Source of the DNA: Caecitellus pseudoparvulus
Lineage: Eukaryota; Protista; Bigyra: Bicosoecida
Direction: 5' to 3'
Length of the DNA: 64,000 nt
NCBI GenBank assembly: GCA_965644315.1
Contig: CBFFRQ010000041.1
Span: forward strand, 1 to 64,000
The position numbers and the translations under genes were made by a program. How positions within the stretch are numbered: position 1 is the stretch's first letter; every line of letters begins with the position of its first letter. Shown piece after piece: positions 42,826 to 54,674 of the stretch. The notes under the pieces are model-generated. The model was not told the origin of the DNA. It ran no database searches and saw only the letters and a list, made by a program, of their open reading frames with translations.

Positions 42826-44256
42826 ATGGCCCGATACACGCTGCTCTGCATCAGACGGGTCCAAACTAGCCGCCTCTGTGTGCGTGCACTGCGCGCTGCC
42901 TCGCTGAACCCCCCGCTCCACGTGGCACCATGCGGTGGCCTGCGCAGTTCATGGGGCTCACCCTGGCCATCGTGCTGACAGGCACCCTGGTGGCAAGCTT
43001 ATCAGCACCTGGAACTGCCCGTTTGCAGGGACTGGGGCGCGCTTCCCATGACGCCTCTGGTGCGGCCGCGTGGCGCCTGGGCCGCTGCGCTGCCCGCCCC
43101 CCAGCACGCACCCCGCCGCCTGCCTCACTCAGAACCCACATCCATGATGAACACCATGGGCGGCATGGCCATGGAAGGAGCTGCTGGCATGGACATGCCT
43201 GAGGCATTCGAATCCCACCAAGCCGCGCCCATGGCTGCGGCTGCCCCCCCTGCCTTGAGCAAGTCGCGTGCAGGAGTGGCCAAAGCCAGCGCTGGAGGCG
43301 CGCCCGCCGGCGGGGACGAGCCATGGCGCAAGGCCCCTGACGTGCAGGCACCCAGTGTCCCAGACTCTCAGATGCTCGTCAAGAACGGCAACGTGCAGCT
43401 GGAGGTCTCGCGCTCCTTCCAGGGGGGCGTGCGGGCGGCACTGCAGCAGGTGGCCGCCGCCACGGCCAAGGCTGGCGGCACCGTGCAGAGCCAGAACATG
43501 AACAGCGAAGACGTGATGAGCTTTCGGCGCCGGCAGCGCCGCAGCGCCGCGGAGGACGGCCGCCTGGTGCTGTCTGGCAGCATGACCTTGCGGGTGCCCG
43601 TGGCGGCGTTCGACGACTTCTTCGCGGGCCTGGCAGACCTGCCCCACGCCGTCCTGCACGCGTCATCCAACGTGCAGGACGTCACGTCGCAGTACGTGGA
43701 CACGGTGGCGCGCGTGAACACGCAGCGTGCGTCGCTGAAGCAGCTGGAGGGCATCATGGCTGCCGCCAGCAAGGTGTCCGACCTCACCGCCGTGCAAGCC
43801 AGCATGATGCGGGTGGTGGAATCGCTGGAGCGCCAGGAAGCCGCCAAGGCACGCCTGGAGCAGGCTGCCGCCATGTCCACTGTGCACGTGAACTTCCAGC
43901 TGGAGGCCGCCGAGCCACGCCCGGCTGAGCCCAAGCCCCTGCCAGCCTGGTCAGCGTCGTCTTCGTTCCGGCGCGCAGTGGCGGCGCTGATGCAGACGGT
44001 GCAGGGGCTGGCAGATGTCGTCATCACGGCGGTGGTGGTGGGCGTGCCTCTCGCGTGCGTGGCGGCGGCGGTGCTGTGGGGCAGCATGCACATCCTCGCG
44101 AAAGTGGCCAGCCTGGCCGCAGGGGACATCGGCAGCGCGGTTGGGGCCGTGCGTGCCGCGGCACAGGAGGTGTCTGCTGCCACGGCCGGGTCCGGCGCGT
44201 CCAGCGGTGCGAGTGGAGGGGGGGGCAGCGTGCGCCACCGGGGCTCAGCCGACTGA
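42826..44256 (+). CDS. DUF4349-domain membrane protein (5' exons uncertain)
   Basis: LVKNGNVQLEV, MTLRVPVAAFDDF, QDVTSQYVDTVARV, coiled coil, AMSTVHVNF, C-terminal TM. Confidence 0.7.
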
Positions 44257-44462
44257 TGCCTGACGTCGCCAAAGCCGCTGTGCGTTCAGTTTCCAATGCA
44301 ACGATTAGTTGACACCCACTTGTCTGTCTGCAAGCGAGAGGGTCGGGTCTACCTGCCCTTCCAGCCAAGCCAAAGCCAGGCAGGAGCTGCCTGCGACCCG
44401 TGACACACAGGGAAGCACTGCCCCCCGGGGGCACTCCACTTGCGCCACCTCGCCATTGAGCC

Positions 44463-45805
44463 ATGGGAAGAGGGCGTGGTCGTGGAGGGGTGGACTCGGA
44501 GGTTGCCATCGCAGGCGCATGCTGTGCATCGTTGGTGTGTGGTGGTCGCACAGCGACGTGCTTTGCAACTCCCGCTTGCACACCCCCTCTGCCGGCGTAC
44601 AGGTACTGCTGGCATCCTGTCTGATGCTGGGGTACTCTTTCGACAGTCTCGAGCCACGGGTGGGTGGTGCTTGCGGTCGCCAGTGTGGCCTGTGCCGGCC
44701 GGGCGGCACGCGTGGCGTTGTCGTGCTGGCCTGCACTTTTCCCGCCCGGCCCTCCCTGAAACTCGCAGCAATACGGTCTGCGGTACGACAAGATCACACT
44801 GCATGTCGAAGCTGGCAAGGTGTACAGTAGCGGGCGTTACTTCGTCGGCCTGGGACGTCGGGTGAGTGTGCACACGCCTTGACAAGCCTCGCCCCCCTTC
44901 AGCGCCGGTGCACAAGCCCCCTCCACCTCTCCACAGTTCATCAACTTCCCTCGCAACTCGCTGTACTTGGAGTTCAGGTGCGTGCTTGGCGCCGGTCAGT
45001 GCTTCGTCGCTCGTGCCAACCCTGCACTGCCATCGCCTCTCCGCGCTGCAGCGACTCCTCCACGGGCGGCGCCCGCAACGGGGCGGTGGAAGCGTGGACC
45101 AACGACGGGCAGAACATCAAGCTCAGCGTGAGCTTCTACTACCGCCTGCAGAAGGGCGGCATCGAGGACCTGTACTTCGCCTACAACGAGGAGGGCTGGA
45201 AGCCCGTCATCGAGGACATCGCCGCCGAGGCGTTCCGAGAGGTGTCCACACAGTTCACAGCAGAGGACTTCTTCACGCAGCGCAACCGCATCTCCGAGCA
45301 GATGCAGACACAGCTGGTGGCGCGTCTGGACGGCGCCTTCAAGATTTCCGCCGACGTCCTGCAGTTCAACTTCCTGGAGGTGGAGATCCCCAGCCAGTTC
45401 GAGGCGGCGGTGGAGTCCCGCGTCATCGTGTCGCAGGAAGTGCAGACCATCGCCGGGCCACAGCGGCAAACCGCTCTGACCGGCGCGGAGATCCAGTGGA
45501 TCTCAGCCAACGCCACGCGCGCCCGCCGCATCATCTTCGCCGAGGCCCAGCGCCAGGCAGCCGTCACCCGCGCCCGTGCTTCCGCTGGCGCCCTCAGCAC
45601 GTACAGCGACGCACGTGGCAAGGCCCTGGCCGAGCTGGCTGAGACGCTGGGGTGGTCCAACTCCACTGCACCCTTGCCGCGGGAGGACACTGTGGCTCGC
45701 CTGCTGCGGTACCAGTGGTACAAGGTCGTGCAGCAGGGGGGCAGCGCCGCGACAGACCTGCTGGTCAACTACCCCAAGGCAGTGCTGGCCACGGGCGGCG
45801 CGTGA
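44463..45805 (+). CDS. SPFH/Band-7 (prohibitin-like) membrane protein, multi-exon
   Basis: N-terminal TM, GYSFDSLEP|YGLRYD...GRYFVGLG|FINFPR|...TNDGQNIKLSVSFYYRL...FTAEDFFTQRNRI...EVEIPSQFEAAVE. Confidence 0.82.
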
Positions 45806-45818
45806 CCTCGCTGAGCCA

Positions 45819-45826
45819 AATGCATT
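45819..45826. promoter_or_regulatory. Palindromic AATGCATT, candidate bidirectional 3'-end signal
   Basis: In the 30-nt gap between the convergent SPFH and EF-hand genes. Confidence 0.55.
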
Positions 45827-45835
45827 GCGCACGCG

Positions 45836-46672
45836 TCAGAACACGCCGTCGTCAGAGTCTGATGGTGTGGGGGAGGGGGCCGCGCGCCGGGCAGCCTCCT
45901 CAGCGGCCGCCTTCTTGTCGGCTGCGTGCTGTGCTGCCATGGCGCCTTGCTGCTCCCGGCTCATGTGTGCGCGGATGCTGGCCAGGCGAGCAGACATGCT
46001 ACCCCGCCGGTCCACGGGGGCCTCCACGGGCTGGTGGCCGCCTGCCAGCTGCCGCGCCAGCGTGGCCACGTGGACAGACGAGTCGAACTCCAGGCCCAGT
46101 GTGTCCATAATGTCACTGACCTCCTCCCCCAGCAGCTGCGTGTTGTGGCTCGTGACGGTCTCCGACAGCACGTGCCGCAGCGCCTGCCCCGAGACAACGC
46201 CAGGGTCTTCCTCAAAGAACTCAAACACCTCCTCAATCGCATCAATGCTGAGGGGCTCCTTGTCCAGGTAAGTCTCGCAGCAGTCCAGGAACTGTGCAGG
46301 GAAGTGCGCGTTTCGGCGGAGTGGCCGGCTGCGTCGCATGCAACGTGCAGCGGGAGCACGGCACCGCCCGCCCTGACCACGCACTGTGTCAATGTCCACG
46401 CCTACGTGGCGCCAGCGCTCTGGGGTACACTTCACCACGCCGGCGACGAGCTGCTTTGTCGGGGGAATGCCCACTGCTGCGATCATGGTGCGCAGCTGCT
46501 CTGGCTGCAACAGCCCATCGCAATCGTCATCCAGCATGCGCCACATCTTCGCCAGCGAGGCAACAGACGTCTCTGGCATTACGAAACGCGGTTGCGGTTG
46601 CTGCTCGTGTTTGCCGGCGGCTGGCCCTGTCCCCGACGTGGGCAGTGCCGAGCTGCCTGCGCTGGCCGCCAT
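45836..46672 (-). CDS. EF-hand calmodulin/centrin-like protein (one intron)
   Basis: WRMLDDDCDGLLQPEQLRTMIAAVG and IEEVFEFFEEDPGVVSGQALRHVL...LLGEEV. Confidence 0.7.
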   Translation of the reverse strand: MAASAGSSALPTSGTGPAAGKHEQQPQPRFVMPETSVASLAKMWRMLDDDCDGLLQPEQLRTMIAAVGIPPTKQLVAGVVKCTPERWRHVGVDIDTVRGQGGRCRAPAARCMRRSRPLRRNAHFPAQFLDCCETYLDKEPLSIDAIEEVFEFFEEDPGVVSGQALRHVLSETVTSHNTQLLGEEVSDIMDTLGLEFDSSVHVATLARQLAGGHQPVEAPVDRRGSMSARLASIRAHMSREQQGAMAAQHAADKKAAAEEAARRAAPSPTPSDSDDGVF

Positions 46673-46778
46673 GTTGGGAGCGAGTGGTGGACGGGCTCCT
46701 CGCTCACGCACCGCCGGGCGCTTGAGTTGCACGCCAGACGAGGCTCTGTACGTAGCGTAGCTCATGTGCGTGCGTGAA

Positions 46779-48179
46779 TTATTTGGCGGCTTCGTCTGAC
46801 TGCGGTTCAGGTGTGCCCTTTGAGGGGGCGTCCGCACCCCCAAGTGCGCCGTGCTCTGCCGCCCCCCCAGTCAGCTGCGCCGCAGGGCGCGTCCATGCCT
46901 TGGCCCACCAGTGCACGGCATGCACCCCAGGCACGTCCAGGCGGTAGGCATGCTGCTTCCCCACCACCGCCTCACGCAGCGCCTTGGGCAGCGGTTGCAG
47001 GCTTGCCAGCGTGGCCATGAGAGGTAAGCCGGGAGTCAAGTCGCCCAGCTCGGTCACCCCGCGATCGTGCAGCTGTGCCAAAACATCCTCTAGCTCTGTG
47101 GCGTGACCTGCCTTGAAGAGGGCGGGTGGGGCCAGGGGCAAGGTGTTGGGCAGTGGGTACGCCACGACAGCCGGCAACACAACCGGCACACAGGAGCCAG
47201 CCCCAGCCGCGCCGCCATGTCCGATGCGCAGATCTGGCCACTCTACAGCTACGTACGCGCTCCAATCCTCACACAAGCCGTCAGGCAAGGCTTGTGGGGG
47301 CAGGGCGGCAGCTGTCGCAGCAGGCAGTGCCGGGCAGGCCGCGAGGCAGGCAGGGGCGGCGGCCAATACAGCAGCATGCAGCGGATGAGGCGTGCCCGGC
47401 CGGAGCTCGGAGCCTTGACTCTGCACAGCTGCTGCCATGAACGTGCCCAGCATGCGTGTGAAGAGGCCTGGCCCTGTCGTGGCTAGCGTTGCCTCTGGCG
47501 AGGTGGACACGGCTGTACCAGGGGGCTGCCCATCCGCCACGCTGCCGTAAGCATGCCCCACGCCGTACGCTCCACCTGAGCCTGGTTCAGAGCCAGCTGC
47601 GTCCGCCAGCCCGGGCGCAGCCACGGCTGCCGCCACGCCAGGCGAGCGAATGCCCAGCATGATGGCGGCCAGGCAAGGGTGCCCAGGCACGGCGCCGATG
47701 AAGGCGTTGTTCAACTCCCACACTGTGGAGTTTGACTGTGCCGTCACGAGGGCCCCTGCACGGGACAGGGCGTGCAGGGGGCGCGTGCAGAGCAGGTCCA
47801 TGTCCACGTACCAGCCGCCGTACCGATACAGCAGCTCGTACCGCAAGATGTCAGCTTGGAAGCCGCGGTTGGGAGCAGACGCAAAGGCAGCAGCGTTCAG
47901 CAGCGGGAGCTTGGCGACAGCTTCGTCGTCCCACAGCACACACTGCCAGTCTGGGTGCAGCGTCTGCCAGCTCCGGGCGACTCGGGCCAGTGCCGGAGGG
48001 ACAGCGCCGCCAAGCCACACCATGTGGATGAGGGGGGGGACCAGCGGGCCATCTGCCAGGGGCTCCTGGGACTGAATGTGCCACTGGGCGGCCTCGATCC
48101 ATGCCTCGTCGTCCATGCTCCAGAAGCAGGACATGCACTGGCTGTGCTGTGGCACAGCTGCAATTTCCGCAGGGTCCAT
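46779..48179 (-). CDS. Glycosyltransferase family 32 (OCH1/SUR1-like, DXD)
   Basis: PPLIHMVWLG, SWQTLHPDWQCVLWDD, ADILRYELLYRYGGWYVDMD, NNAFIGAVPGHP, TGPGLFT, HWWAKAW. Confidence 0.88.
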   Translation of the reverse strand: MDPAEIAAVPQHSQCMSCFWSMDDEAWIEAAQWHIQSQEPLADGPLVPPLIHMVWLGGAVPPALARVARSWQTLHPDWQCVLWDDEAVAKLPLLNAAAFASAPNRGFQADILRYELLYRYGGWYVDMDLLCTRPLHALSRAGALVTAQSNSTVWELNNAFIGAVPGHPCLAAIMLGIRSPGVAAAVAAPGLADAAGSEPGSGGAYGVGHAYGSVADGQPPGTAVSTSPEATLATTGPGLFTRMLGTFMAAAVQSQGSELRPGTPHPLHAAVLAAAPACLAACPALPAATAAALPPQALPDGLCEDWSAYVAVEWPDLRIGHGGAAGAGSCVPVVLPAVVAYPLPNTLPLAPPALFKAGHATELEDVLAQLHDRGVTELGDLTPGLPLMATLASLQPLPKALREAVVGKQHAYRLDVPGVHAVHWWAKAWTRPAAQLTGGAAEHGALGGADAPSKGTPEPQSDEAAK

Positions 48180-48528
48180 CCCACACCGAGCCTGCCAGAG
48201 CTGCGTCACACAGCGATCGAGAATGGCCGCCGGCAGGGCAGCCCGCAGGTGAACTTCAAGTATCAGACCAAGCCTATGGGAGTCTTGGGCCGCGTGCCCT
48301 CGCAGGGGTGCGCCTGGATGCTTTGCAGTGTTTTGGCCGGCTGAAAATGCAGGCTTGGCTCGCAGCGACAGCGCGGCAAACCAGGGCGGCGCTGCACACC
48401 ACTCTCCGGGCACTGAACAAAATGAAAAATGAGAACTGTCGCAGCACCGCAGAAGTGTGGATGAGTCGGGAGTGCCTCTGCATCTGCGCCTCGCTCGCTC
48501 GGGGTTCGCAAGGCAGCAGAAGCTTGCC

Positions 48529-50142
48529 ATGGCGTCAGCCAGTCAAGCCGACTTGCCAGCTCCTTGGGAGCAACACGAGGACGACGAGGGACAAGTGTAC
48601 TACTGGAACTCGGAAACCGGGGAAGCGTCATGGGTGCACCCAGCAGATAAAGCAGACGACTTGCCCTTTGGGTGGGAAGAGCTGGAAGGTGCGCTTGCCA
48701 TGCGTCGCGTGCGGCTGGGCCGGGCAACCTTGGACCGAGCTCAGCCAGGCCGCCCTCGCGCGCGAAGCGTGTGCAACGTGTGAAATGCGGCCCGACAGCG
48801 TCGAGACATGACCATGCATTCACGCCCCCTTCCCCGCTTGCACCTTCTCAGATGACAGCGGCAACAAGTGTGAGTGTGCAGCCGAACCAAGCTGGTGCAC
48901 GGCGTCAGCCGAGGCCGCTTGCGCACTCACCACCTGGCGCCCCCCTGCAGACTACTTTAACCACGAGACTGGGGAAAGTCAGTGGCACAAGCCCGCAGAC
49001 CAAGACCCCGAACTGGTGTCACTGAACACAAACTTGCCAGGTGCGCCGCAGCTCGCCGCTCCGACCGAGCCGCAACGCCTGTGGCAGTGGCCGACACTCG
49101 CCGCCCGCGCATTCACAGAGGGGTGGGAAGCTCTTCGAGATGACGATGAGAACGTCTACGTACGTGGGGGCTGCTTGGCTCGGCGCAGGCGGCCTCGGCA
49201 GATCCCCGCACCGCGTCACGTGCCCCCCCTCGCCTGCCTGCACAGTACTTCAACTTCACGACAGAGGAGTCGACGTGGGACCGCCCTGCGGACGCGGGGC
49301 CGCCTGGGGAGATTAAAGCCGAGGACACTGTGCGTGGCGCGTGTGCCCTGGCCGACAACCGCGCCGTCCCCGCCCACCTCCCGGTCACCGCCCCCGCAGA
49401 CTGCCGCTGTGGCTGCCGCGGCCGAGGCAGCGGCCAAGGGTGCTGTGCTGCCTGACCGCAAGGCTGCTCGGCGACACAGTGTGGCCAAGGCCATGATCTT
49501 GCAGAGCAAGCGCGCGCCCCGCATGCTCATGCCCATGATGGCGCTGGCGGAGGGCGGGGAGGAGGAGGGCGAGGAGGGGGACGCTGCCAAGCCCGCCGCC
49601 ACAGGGCCCTCCCCGAAGGAACAAGCTGCCAACCGCAAGGCCAGCATGCTGGCCAAGGAGAGCATCGTCACGGACGCAGCTGTCAAGGTGTGGCTGAAGG
49701 TGTCAGACAGTGCGTCGCGCAGTGACCTGCTTCTCCATCTGCATTGCCTCGCACTCAGGCACCCCCCCCCTCCCGCGCGCACACAGACGGCAAGTTCTGG
49801 CGCCGGCGCTTCTGCACGTACATCCCCGAGGCCCGCAGCATCTTCCTGTACTTGTCGGAGAAGACCAAGAGCAAGAAGGGCATCATCGACCTGGTGGGCG
49901 CCAAGGTGCTGGAGGAGGCACCGGGTGTGGACCTGGACAAGGCCCCCACGCCCTACGTCTTCGCAGTGGAGGAGCCGGAGCGCCCAGACGCACCCGCCAA
50001 GACGACCCTGTTCTGTGCGCCCACCGTGTCGGCGTCGGCCCAGATGCTGGGCGCGCTGGCCAGCACCAACTCCGGCGCACGCAGCGGCTCCCTGGCCAAG
50101 GTGAAGGGCTTGCCAGCCATCGGCGGCAAGCGCAAGGACTGA
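48529..50142 (+). CDS. Multi-WW-domain plus C-terminal PH-domain protein, multi-exon
   Basis: LPAPWEQHEDDEGQVYYWNSETGEASWVHP, LPFGWEEL..YFNHETGESQWHKP, EGWEALRDD..YFNFTTEESTWDRP; PH-like KVWLK|..KFWRRRFC...KGIIDL. Confidence 0.8.
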
Positions 50143-50195
50143 GGCGCGCTCTGCCCGCGTATGCCTGGTGGGGCCCGCGACCGCCCTCCCCTTTC

Positions 50196-51197
50196 TCATG
50201 AGTCCCCACCGCCCCGTGATCGACCCTGGCGCCGTGATGAATGTACTGATGCCGTAGAGCGCCCCTGGCGCAACTGGCGCAGGTCGGAGCGGGGTTGTGG
50301 CTGGCCTGCACTGTGCGTGGAGCGTGAGCTGCGCAGTGGAGCAGGCGAGCCACTGGCGCCGCCGCGCGCTGCCAACGCAGCTGACGCGCTGACAGGCGAG
50401 GCTGGGCTGCTGATGGAAGGCGCCTGGGAGGCTGCAGGGGTTGGCAGAGCTGGGAGGGAGGACCCCGTGTACTGCAGGTCTCCCGGCAACTCGGCACCAA
50501 CTGCCGGGGCCACGCCAGCCGCCCACTGGTCCAGGGACGCGTCTGGGCTGAGGGTTGCCGTGGCATGCCACGGACGCGAGTGCAGGTCCGAAGCGACACT
50601 CCGAGCTGTCTCGTGCATGGAGTTCATGTGTTGCCCAAGTCTCTCAGTCTGCGGGACAAACGTGGGGGTGCAGTGGGTGGCCGTTTCGCCTGCGTTTCCT
50701 GCACTGTACCCACCGCCTCCACCATGTTCTTGAACTGCTGGGCTTCTGCCAGGAAGGCGCTGGGAAACTGCTTCAAGAACGAGTCCTCGTCTCCCTGCTC
50801 TGTGCCCCTCTCCGGCACCTTGAACTGCTGAAAGCTGCGGTGGGAAGGAACTGTCTCCGGGTCAGGCGCTCGAGCTTGGCGGGCAACGCTCGCGAACGCA
50901 CCTTTCATGCAGCGCCTCCTGCTGGTTGTACAGCACCTGGTGCAGTTCTCGCAGCTCCTCGAACTGTCGTGTGATTGCCTCCCGGTGAGAGCCTGCAACG
51001 TCGCGAACCGGAGAGTGTGACACCCTGCACAAGCGGCGGCACGGGAGCCCTGCGCACCAAAGGCATGCAGAGACCCCGCTGCGCCTGCTGAAGCAGACGC
51101 CTCCAGTGCAGATTGGGCTGTGTCTCGAAGGGGCACTGTGTACGGCACATCGCCCCCGCTCTCGGGACTCGCTGCCCCACTCGCCGAGCTGGACATG
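50196..51197 (-). CDS. Hypothetical protein(s), structure uncertain
   Basis: Two abutting minus-strand ORFs (50624..51202 and 50196..50627) with no recognisable domain. Confidence 0.3.
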
Positions 51198-51549
51198 GTC
51201 ACTTCAAGCCACCGTCAAGCTGTCTTGCACACCTGGGATGGAATGCGAGCCTGTGAGGCAGGACTGGTTGCTTGCCCTGCAGTCCCGGGGCAGTGGATGG
51301 AATGTGCCGTGTGCTGGGCTTTGCAGGTCAAAGTGCGCCGCCTGCTCAGGGCGCTCCACGCCACCTCCCAACGAGACGCCGTCGCCGACCGGTGCGAAAC
51401 AAAAAACAAGCATTACCACAGCACTCTTTCTTCTCCGTGGGGCCTAGCACTGGCCGTGACTCCTTGCTGTGCTCGTGCACAGGGGCCTGGGACGACCTCG
51501 TGCGGTTTTTGGGCCAAGCCCACCCAGCACAACGCTCACCCCTGGCAGC

Positions 51550-54500
51550 ATGGCGACAACTTCCGGGCCAAGGGCGGATCAGGTGGTGTATGCAGATGAG
51601 AGGGACAGCGGTGCGGCTTCACGAAGCACGTTGTCGACGACTCCTGCCACGCCGGACAGTGGAGGCGACGCTGGCCGGCCCACGCTCAGCATCGAAGTGC
51701 CTCAAGACGGCTGCCAGCACCTGGCCATGCTGACCGCCCACACACCCATCGCAGTCATGCGACGCATGTCCATTGATGCATCCCCCACACCGCGCCCATC
51801 CCAAGGCCCCCGTCCATGCCTGACAGCACTGCACGACGCAGTCCTCAGCGGCAACCTGCCTGCCCTGCGCACAGCCCTCGCCCACCCAGACGTTGGCACG
51901 GTGCTTGACCTGCAGCTGGCAGAGGAAGGCTACCCTGCCCTAATCGTGGCCAGTTCCCAGAGCTGGCAGGGCTCTGCCCTGGGCTGTGTGCGGGCCCTGC
52001 TGGCAGCTGGCGCCCAGGTGCACGTCACGGACAAGTCTGGCTACACTGCCCTGCATTGGGCAGCGGCATGCCAGCTGGACGGGCGGGACATCATGCAGGC
52101 GTTGGTGGATGCGGGGGCCGAGCTGAACGCGCCGTGCAAGCAGGGGGAGACGCCCCTGCACCGCGCAGCCCGTGTGGGGCGAGTCACCAACGTGCGGTGG
52201 CTGCTGGAGGCTGGCGCTGACCCGGCCCTCGTCAACCACGAGTTCCTGGGCGCCATGGACGTCGCTGGCGTGTTCGAGGGCACGGTGTCCCACCTGCACC
52301 GCCTCTGCGTGCGGGCTGCCCTCACGGCCAGCCGCCCCGCCCTGCGCACGCTGGTGCTGACTCACGCTGACTGCCTGGCACACCAACACGCCCGTGAGCA
52401 CCACCAAGAGGCACCTGAGCGCCTCACTGCCATCATGGAGGCTCTGGGCAACAGCACATGCAGCGTGCAGGCGGCAGAGCAGGCCAGTGCCGCGGCAGAC
52501 GCGGGGGGGGGCGCTGCTGGCGCGGGCGGTGGTGGGCGTGGCCGGCGCGGCGCCAAGCGCCCCTCCGACCGCAGCAAGTCCATGGTCTTTACAGAGTCAG
52601 ACGTGGAGGTGGTGCGGGACTTCCCCTTGGCCACGCCGGAAGCCGTCCTGCGCGCACACAGCCGCAAGTACCTGGACGTGCTGGGGCGCCTGAGCAGGCA
52701 TGTGGGGCGACACGGGCAGCCAGTGCCCTTCACGCCCATCATCCAGCGCAGCATGCACGGCCTGTCACGAGAGGAGGTGAAGCCGGCTGCTGCCTGTGAC
52801 ACATCCTTCTCCCCTGGCTCCTACCGTGCGGCCCTGCGGGCTGCTGGGGCGGTGATGGCGGCGGTGGAGCGGGTGCTGGCTGGCACGGCTCGCAATGCGC
52901 TGTGCGTCGTGCGCCCGCCGGGCCACCACGCCGGTGTGAATGGCCTCATCCAAGTGCCCTCCGACATTGCACACCACTGCACCAGCAGCTGTGGCTTCTG
53001 CATTTTGAACTCTGTCGCCATTGGGGCTCTGCATGCGCTGCAGGGATGCCCGGCGCACCCCGTTCGTCGCGTGGCCATCGTGGACCTGGACGTGCACCAC
53101 GGCAATGGGACGGAAGACATCGTCAAGCACGTCATGCGCACGCAGCCGCACCTGCGCAGCGCGCTGCTGTTCGCCTCCGTGCACCTGTACGACGTGGCCA
53201 CAGCCATGAAGCCGGAGGAGGGCGGCGGCGGCGCCAGCAGCAGCCCGTCACCCCCCGCCACCCGCACAGCAGACGAGGCGCCCCCTGCGCCAGATGCGTT
53301 CCCCCTCGCGCCAGTGCCTGCTTCAGACGCCTCCAGCACGCCAGTGTCCACGCAGGAGGGGGGCGCACGCAGGGGGCGTCGCCGCCGCCGGGCCAAGTCC
53401 TTTGACGGCTTCGCTGTGGGGGACCTGGCCACTGGCGAGGCAGGGGACATGCCAGCACAGCCTTCCCCCAAGCGGCTGGCAGTGCAGGACGAAGAGGGGG
53501 AGGGCGGGCTGCCGCAAGCGCAGGGCGTGTCCACGCCACCACCGCCCTCCGCGGCAGAGCCCCCCTCCAGCGCACCTCCTCGCCCCACCTTGCGCATCGT
53601 CACGCCCAAAGGCACCCGCACGGATGCGCCCCCCACGCCGGCGGCGGACGGCGAGCTGGACCTGTACTCCTTCTACCCCGGCACTGGCAAGGACGACCTC
53701 CTGCCTGCCAACATCGTCAACTGCGCCCTGCAGCCGCTGTGGCGGGCCAAGGAGGGCCCAGCGCCCCTCCCGCCGCCCCTCTTGCAGGCTGCCGAGACTG
53801 CCAGCCGGGCGGCCGTGGCACTGCCCTCCCGGGCTGTCGCCGCCCGGGCGCTGGGCTCCGACATCCCCCACGTGTACTCCCGGGAGGTGTCCCCCACCTG
53901 CACGCTGTCGTACGGTGCTGGGCGGGAGGCCGTGCGCAGGGCCGTGTCTGCGCGCCTGGTGCCCACCCTGCGCTCCTTCGGGCCCGACCTCATCCTCATC
54001 TCGGCGGGCTTCGACGGCGCCAAGGGCGACGCCGGCAACACGCGCAACGACGGCAAGGCGACGCCGGGGCTGAACTTGAGAGGGGAGGACTTCGAGTGGA
54101 TTACGCAGCAGATCATGGCTGTCTCGCGGGTGTGCTGCCCGGGCAGGGTGGTGTCTGTGCTGGAGGGCGGCTACGGCGAGTGGAAGCGCAGCCGCGTCAA
54201 GGTGCCCAAGGAAGACACCCTGCGAGCACCTCACCCGGCAGCGTCGCCGCTAACTCGGGCACTGCAGTCCCCCACCCTGACACACAGCGGGCCGGGAGGG
54301 CTCAGGGCGGGTGCCTTCCACTCCGACGCCAACCGCACGCCCGCTGCACACTTGAAAGCTGCCGCTGACGCACTGACGAACCCGCCCAGTGCCTTGCTCA
54401 CAGCAAGCACCTCAGGGGGGGGCATGCTTGTCGGGCTGGCTCCCTTCCAGGGCCCGGCTCAGCCAGTCAGTGGCGGGGAGCAGGCCACTGACAGCAGTTC

Positions 54501-54636
54501 AGGCGCTGCTGCCGCGCCGACGGACACCGCCGCGCCCGAAGCCGCCGACACGACGACGAAGCTGGTGACGACCCTGCGGCGGAAACCGCTGGCGAAGAAC
54601 GTCGTGAGCCACTTGAAAGCGCTGGTGTTCGGGTAG
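51550..54636 (+). CDS. Ankyrin-repeat class II-like histone deacetylase
   Basis: Ankyrin motifs GYTALHWAA and GETPLHRAA. HDAC motifs HQEAPERL, RPPGHHAG, GFCILNSVAIGA, VDLDVHHGNGT, FYPGTG, ISAGFDG, SVLEGGY. Confidence 0.92.
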   Translation: MATTSGPRADQVVYADERDSGAASRSTLSTTPATPDSGGDAGRPTLSIEVPQDGCQHLAMLTAHTPIAVMRRMSIDASPTPRPSQGPRPCLTALHDAVLSGNLPALRTALAHPDVGTVLDLQLAEEGYPALIVASSQSWQGSALGCVRALLAAGAQVHVTDKSGYTALHWAAACQLDGRDIMQALVDAGAELNAPCKQGETPLHRAARVGRVTNVRWLLEAGADPALVNHEFLGAMDVAGVFEGTVSHLHRLCVRAALTASRPALRTLVLTHADCLAHQHAREHHQEAPERLTAIMEALGNSTCSVQAAEQASAAADAGGGAAGAGGGGRGRRGAKRPSDRSKSMVFTESDVEVVRDFPLATPEAVLRAHSRKYLDVLGRLSRHVGRHGQPVPFTPIIQRSMHGLSREEVKPAAACDTSFSPGSYRAALRAAGAVMAAVERVLAGTARNALCVVRPPGHHAGVNGLIQVPSDIAHHCTSSCGFCILNSVAIGALHALQGCPAHPVRRVAIVDLDVHHGNGTEDIVKHVMRTQPHLRSALLFASVHLYDVATAMKPEEGGGGASSSPSPPATRTADEAPPAPDAFPLAPVPASDASSTPVSTQEGGARRGRRRRRAKSFDGFAVGDLATGEAGDMPAQPSPKRLAVQDEEGEGGLPQAQGVSTPPPPSAAEPPSSAPPRPTLRIVTPKGTRTDAPPTPAADGELDLYSFYPGTGKDDLLPANIVNCALQPLWRAKEGPAPLPPPLLQAAETASRAAVALPSRAVAARALGSDIPHVYSREVSPTCTLSYGAGREAVRRAVSARLVPTLRSFGPDLILISAGFDGAKGDAGNTRNDGKATPGLNLRGEDFEWITQQIMAVSRVCCPGRVVSVLEGGYGEWKRSRVKVPKEDTLRAPHPAASPLTRALQSPTLTHSGPGGLRAGAFHSDANRTPAAHLKAAADALTNPPSALLTASTSGGGMLVGLAPFQGPAQPVSGGEQATDSSSGAAAAPTDTAAPEAADTTTKLVTTLRRKPLAKNVVSHLKALVFG

Positions 54637-54674
54637 GGCGGAGGTGCCGGCGTTGTGTCTGGTGGGGGGCGGAC

